From Bacteroidales bacterium (lineage in GTDB: Bacteria; Bacteroidota; Bacteroidia; Bacteroidales; UBA932): a DNA stretch of 64,000 nucleotides. Under the pieces are notes generated by a model. That model was not told the DNA's origin and did no database searches. It saw nothing but the letters and a program-made list of their open reading frames with translations. The stretch covers positions 243,139-307,138 of the forward strand of contig OY762808.1 in assembly GCA_963666385.1 (NCBI GenBank). The letters are read 5' to 3'. The translations under genes and the position numbers were made by a program. Positions 1-8,872 of this stretch are shown here, piece by piece (position 1 is the stretch's first letter; the number at the start of each line of letters is the position of its first letter).

Positions 1-423
1 CCCGTAAAGGTCAAAAACTGTGTAGCTGTTGCCGGGAAGGATATGTTTGTTTATGAAGGGGTGTAATTTGCGGTGTTTGGCTATCAAACCTTCCGATGTG
101 ACACACACATATGCTTTGTAAATGTTGTTGTCCTGGTCCTTTTCAAACAGGCCTGCCAAAATTGCGATATCGTATTGAGTGGCAATTTCCGTAAGATTCT
201 CAATGCTCTCCCCTCCAGGGATGAATTCGGCAATTTTAAGAAGTTCGATTTTGGATAGCTCCTTTGCAAAGGTGTAACCGGTAATGGAGCATTCGTGGAA
301 AGCTATCACATTGGAACCTTCCGAAGCCGCTTCCGCTGCTATCCGTTCCATGACGGCCATGTTGTATCCTTTGTCTCCCGATTTGTTTTCGAACTGGGCT
401 GTTGTAATCCTGATGTTTTCCAT
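1..423 (-). CDS. carbon-nitrogen hydrolase (nitrilase superfamily) protein, N-terminal 141 codons only; 3' end lies beyond the window start
   Basis: My own reverse-strand translation from ATG 423-421 stays open to position 1: MENIRITTAQFENKSGDKGYNMAVMERIAAEAASEGSNVIAFHECSITGY...YVCVTSEGLIAKHRKLHPF. FHE (catalytic Glu) and KHRKLH (catalytic Lys) fit the CN-hydrolase fold. Absent from the ORF track because there is no stop in the window. Confidence 0.7.
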   Translation of the reverse strand, partial: MENIRITTAQFENKSGDKGYNMAVMERIAAEAASEGSNVIAFHECSITGYTFAKELSKIELLKIAEFIPGGESIENLTEIATQYDIAILAGLFEKDQDNNIYKAYVCVTSEGLIAKHRKLHPFINKHILPGNSYTVFDLYG

Positions 424-439
424 CTTGTTTTGTTTTCTA

Positions 440-447
440 CAAATTTA
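440..447 (-). promoter_or_regulatory. Bacteroidetes-type -7 promoter motif (TAAATTTG on minus strand) for the CN-hydrolase gene
   Basis: Plus-strand caaattta is TAnnTTTG on the minus strand, 16 nt upstream of ATG 423. Confidence 0.35.
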
Positions 448-470
448 ACAAATTGTATGTTTTGTCAAAG

Positions 471-502
471 AAATAAAAAAACACCTCCATATTTGGAAGT
501 GT
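471..502 (-). terminator. rho-independent terminator downstream of the aminotransferase gene
   Basis: The minus-strand RNA reads acacuucc-aaauau-ggaggugu (8 bp including one G-U) followed by uuuuuuauuu, about 40 nt after the stop at 543. Confidence 0.5.
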
Positions 503-542
503 CTTTCAATAAAAAAATGTTTTACCTTGCTGTGACTGTAAA

Positions 543-1742
543 TTAAATAGTTCTTCCAGGGTATTGTTTAAGAGCCTCTTCCAGGCATTTCATTGCGTTT
601 TTGAGGTCTTCTGTTTTCAAAACATAAGCAATACGAACTTCGTCCCTACCTTTGCCCGGAGTGGCATAAAAACCAGCGGCAGGTGCAACCATCACAGTTT
701 GGTTTTGGTAATGGAACTCTTCCAAAAGCCATTGTGCAAATTTATCACTGTCGTCTACAGGTAATTTAGCTATTGTGTAAAATGCACCCATTGGCATTGG
801 TGTGGTAACTCCCTCCATTTTGTTCAAAGCTTCAATCATGACATCCCTGCGTGTCATGTATTCTTTCCTGACAGCGTCAAAATATGACTGTGGAGTGTTC
901 AATGCGCCCTCTGCAGCCACTTGGCCTAGTGCAGGTGAGCAAAGCCTGGCTTGAGCATATCTCAATACCGCACCCATGACAGCTTTGTTTTTGGATACAA
1001 TTGCCCCTATACGTACTCCACACATGCTGTACCTTTTGGATACTGAATCCAGAAGGATTACATTTTCTTCCAGACCCTCCAGATGCATGCAACTGAAATG
1101 AGGCTCGTCGGTGTAGCAAAACTCCCTGTAAACTTCGTCGGAATATATGAACAGTTTATGCTCCTTTGCAAGTTTGCCCAACTCTATGAGTGATTCCTTT
1201 GAGTACAAAGTTCCTGTGGGGTTTCCCGGATTGCAAATTATAATTCCTTTGGTTTTTGGGGTAATCACCTTCCTGAATTCATCTACAGTGGGAAGTGCAA
1301 AACCATCTTCTATCTTGGTTGTGATAGGTTTGAGCACAACATCGTTTTGAACCGCAAATGAGTTGTAATTTGTATAGAAGGGTTCTATCACAATGACCTC
1401 ATCGTCCGGATTGCAAGTTACTGCCAGTGCTATCTGCAAAGATTCGCTTCCACCTGTTGTTATGTTGATCTCGTTTTCGTCAACATTGATGTTTATTCCC
1501 TGGTAGTATTTTGCAAGACCTTTCCTGTAACTTTCTATACCGGCAGAGTGCGGGTAGGGGATGTATGTATCTTTGAAATTCTTGATTGCATCCAGTGCAA
1601 CCTGGGGAGAATCGATATCAGGTTGACCTATGTTAAGGTGGTATACCTTTACTCCTCTTTTTTTTGCCTGTTCTGCATATGGAACCAGTTTCCTGATTGG
1701 TGATGCAGGCATCTTTTCGGCTTTCCTTGAAAGTGTTAACAT
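543..1742 (-). CDS. PLP-dependent aminotransferase, class I/II (aspartate/alanine aminotransferase-like)
   Basis: 399-aa ORF. SVSKRYSMCGVRIG matches the SxSKxxxxxGxRxG PLP-lysine motif. NPGNPTG motif is present upstream. Confidence 0.85.
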   Translation of the reverse strand: MLTLSRKAEKMPASPIRKLVPYAEQAKKRGVKVYHLNIGQPDIDSPQVALDAIKNFKDTYIPYPHSAGIESYRKGLAKYYQGININVDENEINITTGGSESLQIALAVTCNPDDEVIVIEPFYTNYNSFAVQNDVVLKPITTKIEDGFALPTVDEFRKVITPKTKGIIICNPGNPTGTLYSKESLIELGKLAKEHKLFIYSDEVYREFCYTDEPHFSCMHLEGLEENVILLDSVSKRYSMCGVRIGAIVSKNKAVMGAVLRYAQARLCSPALGQVAAEGALNTPQSYFDAVRKEYMTRRDVMIEALNKMEGVTTPMPMGAFYTIAKLPVDDSDKFAQWLLEEFHYQNQTVMVAPAAGFYATPGKGRDEVRIAYVLKTEDLKNAMKCLEEALKQYPGRTI

Positions 1743-1850
1743 CTTGAAAATATTTTAATTTTAGTTATAGAATCTCCCTTTTTTATTACAAATCGTAATT
1801 GAATTAAAAAACTAATTTAGTTTAAAATTATTGAATTGAAAAATTGTATT

Positions 1851-3311
1851 TCAATATTTGGCAAGTTCATTCAAAAAACCCTCAATTCCTGGTTGCATTT
1901 GTGCTGTACGGGCAGCAAAGTTGTTGGACAGAATAGCAAAATAGAGTAGCTGCCCTTTTTTTGTCTCTACATAACCTGCATAGCATCTTACGTTTGCAAG
2001 TGAACCACTTTTTGCATGGATTTTCTTTTTGTGTTTGTCGTCTTCTCCCCTGAGCACATTTTCCAGTGTGCCAGGACCGCCGGGTACAGCCAGACTATTG
2101 AAGAAATAAGGGAAAACATCTGTTTTTTCCATGGCAGAATAGTAGTTGCAGAAAAACCTTGGAGAGACATAGTTTTGACGGGAGAGTCCGCTTCCGTCCT
2201 CTTGGGTCAACCCTTTTGTATTCACATCCATCTCTTGCAAAACCCTTTTTACGGCAACTGTTGCGGAATCGTAAGACCCTACTCCGGTTACCTTTTTACC
2301 TATGGCTTTCAACAGAGTCTCTGCATAGAAATTGTTGCTTATGCGGTTGGTCACGTTTACTATCTTGTACAAAGGTGCAGAGAGGGTTTCGTGGATGATT
2401 GTCAGCTCATAATCCCCTGCGGAGTTGAATTCTTTTGCGTCCAATATTTCCCGCTTGCTGTAGATCCCTTTGTTGTCCAGGAATTTCTTGAATTCATATG
2501 CACAGCTCAGGTGAGGGAATTTGTTTGAAACTGTTATCAATACAGAGTCTTTACCTGCAGGTAACGTGCCTTTGAAAAGAGCTTCCTTAGTGAGGTCAGA
2601 TGCGTAGAATGAGCTTCTGTTGCGGGTTATGCTGCCACTTGTGAGGAGTTTGTTGTTGTATTCCATGCCCGGGATTTCCGGGAAAACATTTTTCATTACT
2701 ACGTCATCTCCCAGGTTGATTCCCGGTACGAATGTGAAGTCTTGAAGGTTCTCTGCAAAGGACAATCCAGAAGTTCCACTCCCGTAGGAGGGGCCCAGAT
2801 TGCTCCATGCCCAGCTGACAGGAACGATTTCATGTTCGAAATACCTGTCATCTGCAACAATATTGCCGTTTATCCTTTTGATTCCCTTTTGCTCCAGTGC
2901 CGTTGTCCATTCCATAAACAGGGTGTCTGCAGGGGTTCCCAATGTGTCCTTGGAGGCCAGGGTTGGATCTGCACCACCTACAATGTACAGGTCACCGTAC
3001 AACACTCCGTTTTCTATGAATCCTGTATGAGCAATTTTGGTTTTGAACCGGAAGTCATGTCCAAGGACCTTGAGGGCAACTCCTGTTGTAATGGTTTTCA
3101 TTGTAGAGGCTGTGAGCAGAGGCATGTCGGGATTCCAGGAAGCAATTGTTTTGCCTTTGGCATCCATAACCATTATTGCTGTTGCCGAATTTACAAAAAG
3201 GGTGTCTTTTTTCAAGTTTTCGATGTATTTCTGGATGTTGTTTTGGGAAAGGGATACATTGGGAAACAACATGTAGAGGGAAATAATCAGGAAGCTTAAA
3301 GAATGTTTCAT
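1851..3311 (-). CDS. dacB: D-alanyl-D-alanine carboxypeptidase/endopeptidase, PBP4 (peptidase S13) family
   Basis: ASTMK (SxxK) motif near the N-terminus and KSGSL (KTG-like) near the C-terminus. Signal peptide MKHSLSFLIISLYMLFPNVSLSQ. Start trimmed to ATG 3311, which lies 25 nt downstream of a TAnnTTTG motif. Confidence 0.85.
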   Translation of the reverse strand: MKHSLSFLIISLYMLFPNVSLSQNNIQKYIENLKKDTLFVNSATAIMVMDAKGKTIASWNPDMPLLTASTMKTITTGVALKVLGHDFRFKTKIAHTGFIENGVLYGDLYIVGGADPTLASKDTLGTPADTLFMEWTTALEQKGIKRINGNIVADDRYFEHEIVPVSWAWSNLGPSYGSGTSGLSFAENLQDFTFVPGINLGDDVVMKNVFPEIPGMEYNNKLLTSGSITRNRSSFYASDLTKEALFKGTLPAGKDSVLITVSNKFPHLSCAYEFKKFLDNKGIYSKREILDAKEFNSAGDYELTIIHETLSAPLYKIVNVTNRISNNFYAETLLKAIGKKVTGVGSYDSATVAVKRVLQEMDVNTKGLTQEDGSGLSRQNYVSPRFFCNYYSAMEKTDVFPYFFNSLAVPGGPGTLENVLRGEDDKHKKKIHAKSGSLANVRCYAGYVETKKGQLLYFAILSNNFAARTAQMQPGIEGFLNELAKY

Positions 3312-3335
3312 TTTTCTGTGGTTTAAGTAATGTGG

Positions 3336-3343
3336 CAAAAGTA
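3336..3343 (-). promoter_or_regulatory. -7 promoter motif (TACTTTTG on minus strand) for the PBP4 gene
   Basis: Plus-strand caaaagta is TAnnTTTG on the minus strand, 25 nt upstream of ATG 3311. Divergent from the glnN promoter. Confidence 0.45.
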
Positions 3344-3376
3344 CTAAAAAACCTCAATCCTTTTTAAAATTATAAT

Positions 3377-3384
3377 TACATTTG
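3377..3384 (+). promoter_or_regulatory. -7 promoter motif (TACATTTG) for glnN
   Basis: TAnnTTTG lies 22 nt upstream of ATG 3406. The track start at 3382 is a TTG inside the motif, so ATG 3406 is preferred. Confidence 0.45.
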
Positions 3385-3405
3385 CCCGGTCAAAAAAATT
3401 ATCAG

Positions 3406-5592
3406 ATGAGCAGTTTTAGAAAAAGAGCATTGGATGAGTTTTCCTCTCACAAATCCGAAAGGTTCCACTATGAAAAACAACCAGTTTCACAGTATTTTGG
3501 TCAAAATGTCTTTGACATAGAAAAGATGAGGAGATATCTCTCTTCTGAGGCTTTTGGAGTTGTCCAGAAGGCTATAAATGAGGGTGTTAAGATAGACAGG
3601 AAGATTGCAGACCAAATTGCTTCCGGAATGAAAGCGTGGGCTGTGGAACGGGGTGCTACCCATTACACTCACTGGTTCCATCCTTTGACAGATGCAACTG
3701 CAGAAAAGCACGAGGCTTTTGTTGACCCTTCTAAAAACGGTGGTGTTTTCGAGAATTTCAAGGGTGATGCCCTTGTCCAGCAGGAACCGGATGCCTCCAG
3801 CTTTCCAAACGGAGGGTTAAGAAACACTTTTGAAGCAAGAGGTTACTCTGCCTGGGATCCTACTTCTCCGGCGTTCATAATAGATGACACATTATGTATC
3901 CCTTCTGTTTTTGTTGCTTATACCGGAGAGTCGCTGGACATGAAGGCTCCTCATTTGAAATCTTTGCAGCAGTTGGATAAGGCTGCCGTTGACCTTGCCA
4001 GGATGTTCAATCCTACAATTTCAAGTGTTAATGTTATGCTTGGTATAGAGCAGGAGTATTTTGTGGTTGATGAGGCTTTGTTCAGGGCGCGTCCCGACTT
4101 GATGCTTTGCAATCGCACATTGATTGGCCATACCTCTGCAAAGGATCAGCAACTGGAAGATCATTATTTTGGTGCCATACCATCCAGGGTAATGTGCTTT
4201 ATGAAAGATTTCGAAACCGAAGCTTTCAAATTGGGTGTAGTTTTGAAAACAAGGCACAACGAGGTGGCTCCGAATCAATTTGAGTTTGCTCCATATTTTG
4301 CAGAGGCAAACCTCTCCATAGATCATAATTTGATGATGATGATCTTGATGAGGAAGATTGCAAAGAAGCACAAACTGAAAGTGATTTTCCATGAGAAACC
4401 ATTTGCCGGTGTGAATGGTTCGGGTAAGCACTGCAACTGGTCCATGGTTACCAACACAGGTGTCAATCTTTTGTCTCCCGGCAAGACACCTGTGAACAAC
4501 ATACAGTTTCTCAGTTTTTTCATATCGGTCATTAGGGCAGTTTACGAACACAACTATTTGTTGATGGCTAGTACGGCTTCCCTGGGCAATTCTTACAGGC
4601 TTGGCGGTAGTGAGGCTCCGCCTGCAATAATGTCTGTATTTGTTGGAAAAACCTTGACAGAGGTAATCGATTCCATAGAAAGGATGGCAATAACAGATGA
4701 CAGTGCTCTTAATGAGGATGTAAAACTAAATATTGTAAATAAGATTCCTGAAATCCTCCCGGACAATACCGACAGGAACAGGACATCTCCATTTGCCTTT
4801 ACCGGTAATAGGTTTGAATTCAGGGCTGTAGGATCATCGGTGAATGTTGCCTCCTCTATGTTTGTCTTGAACACGGCGGTTGCCCAGCAACTGACCAGGT
4901 TCAAGTCTTTGGTCGAAAAAGAGATGAGCCAGGGGTTGTCAAAGGAAGAGGCTTTCTTGAAGATAATCAGGCAGTTTATAACTGAGTCCAAAGATATCCT
5001 GTTCGAAGGAAATGGTTACAGCCAGGAGTGGCACCAAGAGGCTTCTAGAAGAGGGTTGAAGGGTATCAGTGATGTGCCTGAGGCTTTCAAGGTGTTCCTT
5101 GACAAAAAGACCAGGGACCTGATGGTAGACAACCAGGTTCTTTGCGAAAGGGAGCTCGAGGCCAGGTATGAGGTTTTGAATGAGTTATTCATTAAAAAAT
5201 TGCAGATAGAGGCAAGGGTGCTTGGTGACTTATCAATCAACCATATTATTCCTACTGCAATCAAATTCCAGAATTCACTTATCCAGAATGTATTGGGCAT
5301 AAAAGAGATATTCGGCGATCCTGAATTCAGGCAGATGTCGGAAAGGCAGATTTTGAGTATCAGGAAGATTTCCGGATATATACAATCCCTCAGGGAAGAT
5401 ACACATGCACTTATCCAGGCAAGGAAAATTGCAAATGCAATTGTTTCTTATCCGGAACGAGCCCAAAATTATTCTGCCAATGTACTCCCTTATATGTCAA
5501 AGATAAGGACTACTATTGACAAGCTGGAGATGTTGGTAGATGATGAACTTTGGCCATTGCCTAAGTACAGGGAATTACTGTTTTGGAGATAA
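3406..5592 (+). CDS. glnN: glutamine synthetase, type III
   Basis: About 728-aa product, which is the type III size class. HYTHWFHPLTD, NEVAPNQFEF and NGSGKHCNWS motifs are characteristic of GS catalytic domains. Type III GS is typical of Bacteroidetes. Confidence 0.9.
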   Translation: MSSFRKRALDEFSSHKSERFHYEKQPVSQYFGQNVFDIEKMRRYLSSEAFGVVQKAINEGVKIDRKIADQIASGMKAWAVERGATHYTHWFHPLTDATAEKHEAFVDPSKNGGVFENFKGDALVQQEPDASSFPNGGLRNTFEARGYSAWDPTSPAFIIDDTLCIPSVFVAYTGESLDMKAPHLKSLQQLDKAAVDLARMFNPTISSVNVMLGIEQEYFVVDEALFRARPDLMLCNRTLIGHTSAKDQQLEDHYFGAIPSRVMCFMKDFETEAFKLGVVLKTRHNEVAPNQFEFAPYFAEANLSIDHNLMMMILMRKIAKKHKLKVIFHEKPFAGVNGSGKHCNWSMVTNTGVNLLSPGKTPVNNIQFLSFFISVIRAVYEHNYLLMASTASLGNSYRLGGSEAPPAIMSVFVGKTLTEVIDSIERMAITDDSALNEDVKLNIVNKIPEILPDNTDRNRTSPFAFTGNRFEFRAVGSSVNVASSMFVLNTAVAQQLTRFKSLVEKEMSQGLSKEEAFLKIIRQFITESKDILFEGNGYSQEWHQEASRRGLKGISDVPEAFKVFLDKKTRDLMVDNQVLCERELEARYEVLNELFIKKLQIEARVLGDLSINHIIPTAIKFQNSLIQNVLGIKEIFGDPEFRQMSERQILSIRKISGYIQSLREDTHALIQARKIANAIVSYPERAQNYSANVLPYMSKIRTTIDKLEMLVDDELWPLPKYRELLFWR

Positions 5593-5598
5593 TCTTTG

Positions 5599-5606
5599 TA
5601 CTTTTG
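5599..5606 (+). promoter_or_regulatory. -7 promoter motif (TACTTTTG) for purM
   Basis: TAnnTTTG lies 25 nt upstream of ATG 5631. Confidence 0.4.
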
Positions 5607-5630
5607 CCAATATTTACCTAATTTGTAGTG

Positions 5631-6818
5631 ATGATCAGTAAAAACAAAGATGCTTCCAAATATGCCTTAAGGGGTGTTTCCTCTTCTAAAGAAGATGTGC
5701 ACGATGCTATCAAAAACATAGATAAAGGTCTGTTTCCAAAGGCTTTTTGTAAAATTGTCCCAGATTACCTATCCAATGATCCTGATTATTGCGTTGTCAT
5801 GCATGCAGACGGGGCCGGTACCAAATCGTCTTTGGCCTACGTGTATTGGAAAGAGACTGGGGATATGAGTGTATGGAAGGGTATTGCACAGGATGCCATA
5901 GTTATGAATACAGACGACTTGCTTTGTGTAGGTGCTACCGGCAACATTCTTCTCTCATCTACAATTGGCAGGAACAAGCAAAGGATACCCGGGGAGGTGG
6001 TTTCCGCACTTATTTCTGGTTCGGAGGAGTTTTCCGGAAGTATGAAAGAGTATGGCATTGAACTGATCTTGACCGGAGGAGAGACTGCCGATGTAGGTGA
6101 TTTGGTACAGACGGTGATTGTGGACAGTACAGTATGTGCCCGCATGAAACGTTCCGATGTCATTGACAACGCCAGGATAAAGGCCGGAGATGTGGTTGTG
6201 GGCCTGGCTTCTTACGGGAAAGCTACTTACGAAACAGAATACAATGGGGGAACAGGCAGCAATGGATTGACCTCTGCAAGGCATGACTTGTTCATGTCTT
6301 ATGTAGGGGAAAAATATCCGGAGAGTTATTCTGACCTTGTTCCATCTGACTTGGCTTATACCGGATCCAGAAGGTTGGACGAGATGGACCCTGAAACTGG
6401 TTTGACTTTTGGTAAATTGTTGTTGTCTCCTACCAGAACATACGCTCCGGTAATCAAGAAAATACTGGATTTGTACAGGGATAGGGTAAACGGAATGGTA
6501 CACTGCTCGGGAGGTGGACAGGCCAAAGTGCTTAATTTCATTGATAATTTGCATGTTGTCAAGGATAATATGTTTGATGTTCCACCTCTTTTCAGGTACT
6601 TGAAAGAGGAGTCCGGCACCAGTTGGGAAGAGATGTACAAGGTATTCAATATGGGTCACAGGATGGAAATATATACTGATGCCGGAACAGCTGAAAGTAT
6701 GGTCGGGATATCCAAGGCAATGGGTGTTGATGCCAGGATTATTGGAAAGGTAGAGGATTATCCAGGCAGAAAAGTGACTCTGAAAACTAATTATGGAGAG
6801 TTTGAATATGAGATTTAA
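5631..6818 (+). CDS. purM: phosphoribosylformylglycinamidine cyclo-ligase (AIR synthase), long Bacteroidetes form
   Basis: HADGAGTKSS matches the PurM DGxGTK motif. AIR-synthase-like N- and C-terminal domains (TGGETAD, HCSGGGQ). ATG 5631 preferred over GTG 5628. Confidence 0.8.
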   Translation: MISKNKDASKYALRGVSSSKEDVHDAIKNIDKGLFPKAFCKIVPDYLSNDPDYCVVMHADGAGTKSSLAYVYWKETGDMSVWKGIAQDAIVMNTDDLLCVGATGNILLSSTIGRNKQRIPGEVVSALISGSEEFSGSMKEYGIELILTGGETADVGDLVQTVIVDSTVCARMKRSDVIDNARIKAGDVVVGLASYGKATYETEYNGGTGSNGLTSARHDLFMSYVGEKYPESYSDLVPSDLAYTGSRRLDEMDPETGLTFGKLLLSPTRTYAPVIKKILDLYRDRVNGMVHCSGGGQAKVLNFIDNLHVVKDNMFDVPPLFRYLKEESGTSWEEMYKVFNMGHRMEIYTDAGTAESMVGISKAMGVDARIIGKVEDYPGRKVTLKTNYGEFEYEI

Positions 6819-8283
6819 CAGAGAATTGAAAAGGACTCTTTTCCTCTTGACTGCCCTTGCATTTGCCGGCGGGCTTCTATCGTGTGGATCAAATCAAAAA
6901 TCTGTTGACAGGGCTTTGTTGCAGATATCGGAAAGGGCCTTGAGTGACCAATCGTCGTTGTTTTATGCCGATTTTGCATCTTATCCAGATACTTTGATGC
7001 AGTTGCCAATTGGCATGTTTGATTCGGGTACAGGGGGGCTTACTGTAATGGAGCAATTCCTTTCGTTGGACTATTTTGACAATGTTACAGGCGAGCAGGT
7101 TGCTGATGGTATACCCGATTTTGAGGGAGAAGATTTCATTTACCTGGCTGACCAGGCAAATATGCCGTATGGGGTATATCCTTCCCAAGGGAAACAGGAG
7201 TACTTGAGGGAACTTGTTGCCAAGGATGCACTATTTTTGACAACCAGGCCTAACCGTACAAAATTGGTGGTGATTGCATGCAATACAGCTACTGCATACG
7301 GGTTGGAAGATGTCCGGGATTTGCTGCAAAGGAGCGGGACTGGTGTGGTTGCAATAGGTGTGATAGATGCCGGTGTGAGTGGGGCAATGGAGGTGATATC
7401 CAAAGAAGAGGAGAGTTTTGCCGTTGGAGTTCTTGCTACTGTGGGGACTATTGCTTCGCAGGGTTACCAGAATAAATTGAAGGAGTTTGCTGTTGCAAAT
7501 GGGTATAAAGGAAAAATCAATGTTGTGGCGCAGGGTGGATTGGGATTTGCAGAGGCTGTGGATTCCGAACCAGATTATATCTCCTATGAAGCTCAAAGTG
7601 TGAGGGACAATTACAGGGGTCCTGTTGTGGATGACTCTATCGGAATCAGATTGGATTTGATGCCGTTATATAATTTTGATACCACTGGTAATGCACTTTT
7701 GGTGAGCAAAGATAGCAGTGGACATATAAAAGAGGTCCAACTGAATTCTGCCGGAAATTACGCCAGGTTCCATCTGGTAACCTTGTTGCAGAAACATAGG
7801 GAGACAAATCCGGGTGTCAAGATGAAAAGCATAATACTTGGATGCACACATTATCCATATTTGTATGACACCCTGGCCAAGGTTGTGGATGAGTTGAGGT
7901 CAGTTTCGGTGGACGGGTCATATGTTTTCGGGGATTTGATTGCCCAGGACCTTGTTTTTGTTGATCCGGCAATCAATACTGCAAAGGAGGCTTACCTTTA
8001 TTTGAGAGAAAATGGATTATTGGAGATGGAATCAAAAGGAAACAACCTGAATGGATTCATCTCAGTTCCGCATCCTGGTTTACCTGCCAATGTGGTGGAT
8101 GGTTCGGGCAATTTGTTGTTTGATTTCAAATATGGGCGGAATACAGGAGATGAGTCTGCCTCTGTGAGCATAGTTCCTTTTTCCAGCCAAAACATCAATA
8201 AGGAGAATCTTTCAAGGATAGAGCAAAGGCTTCCTTATACCTATTCCCTTATTAAAAAGAATTTTAGTGAGAATGAGTTATAA
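6808..8283 (+). CDS. Asp/Glu racemase-family protein with lipoprotein signal peptide (extended, about 491 aa)
   Basis: GMFDSGTGGLTV, VIACNTATA and ILGCTHYPYL are the three hallmark glutamate racemase motifs, including both catalytic Cys. The N-terminus MRFNRELKRTLFLLTALAFAGGLLSCGS carries a lipobox (LLSC). The start overlaps the purM stop by 11 nt. Confidence 0.7.
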   Translation: MRFNRELKRTLFLLTALAFAGGLLSCGSNQKSVDRALLQISERALSDQSSLFYADFASYPDTLMQLPIGMFDSGTGGLTVMEQFLSLDYFDNVTGEQVADGIPDFEGEDFIYLADQANMPYGVYPSQGKQEYLRELVAKDALFLTTRPNRTKLVVIACNTATAYGLEDVRDLLQRSGTGVVAIGVIDAGVSGAMEVISKEEESFAVGVLATVGTIASQGYQNKLKEFAVANGYKGKINVVAQGGLGFAEAVDSEPDYISYEAQSVRDNYRGPVVDDSIGIRLDLMPLYNFDTTGNALLVSKDSSGHIKEVQLNSAGNYARFHLVTLLQKHRETNPGVKMKSIILGCTHYPYLYDTLAKVVDELRSVSVDGSYVFGDLIAQDLVFVDPAINTAKEAYLYLRENGLLEMESKGNNLNGFISVPHPGLPANVVDGSGNLLFDFKYGRNTGDESASVSIVPFSSQNINKENLSRIEQRLPYTYSLIKKNFSENEL

Positions 8284-8869
8284 AGAGACAATTTCTGCCG
8301 AAGAGCTGGAACAACTGCCTGTTGCCGAATTCAATGGAGAAATCGTATTGGTGGACAAAGAAAATGATGTTTACAAAGATTCTATCGATTATTTGAGCAA
8401 ACAAAGGATAATTGGGTTCGATACGGAAACCAAACCTACTTTCACTGCAAATTCAAAAAGGCACACTGTGGCATTGCTCCAATTGTCGGGAAAGGAGAGA
8501 GCTTTTATTTACCGTTTGCACAGCTTAGGGGTTCCAAAGGATTTGGCAGCCATATTGTCTTCGGGCAAGATTATAAAAGTTGGGGCTGCAGTCCATGATG
8601 ATATCAAGTCATTGCAATACCATACTCGTTTTGTTCCAAAAAGTTTTGTCGATTTGCAATCGATTGCGGCCAATTGGGGCATTAAGGATAAAAGTGTTCG
8701 TAAAATGGCTGCAATCATATTGGGAGTGCGTGTTTCCAAATCACAACAGTTATCCAATTGGGAGTCTTCCGATCTATCTGAAGCTCAGTTGAATTATGCA
8801 GCAATTGATGCATGGGTCTGTCAAAAGATGTATCTTAAATTGTTAAGCACACCCAAGTTAAAAAAGTAA
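8273..8869 (+). CDS. 3'-5' exonuclease domain protein (DEDD/RNase D-like)
   Basis: IGFDTETKP (ExoI), HDDIKSL and YAAIDAWV (ExoIII) motifs. The start overlaps the upstream stop by 11 nt. Confidence 0.8.
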   Translation: MSYKETISAEELEQLPVAEFNGEIVLVDKENDVYKDSIDYLSKQRIIGFDTETKPTFTANSKRHTVALLQLSGKERAFIYRLHSLGVPKDLAAILSSGKIIKVGAAVHDDIKSLQYHTRFVPKSFVDLQSIAANWGIKDKSVRKMAAIILGVRVSKSQQLSNWESSDLSEAQLNYAAIDAWVCQKMYLKLLSTPKLKK

Positions 8870-8872
8870 TCT

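Noticed and set aside
73-546. Plus-strand ORFs 73-258 and 295-546, and minus-strand ORF 84-269
   Set aside because: The minus-strand frame starting at ATG 423 encodes a recognisable CN-hydrolase N-terminus that runs off the window edge. These ORFs are out-of-frame or antisense to it.
5955-6659. 234-aa antisense ORF inside purM (also 5837-6169 and 6356-6649)
   Set aside because: It lies fully inside a well-supported gene on the other strand. The translation is Cys/His/Arg-rich and has no recognisable motif. It is a typical shadow ORF.
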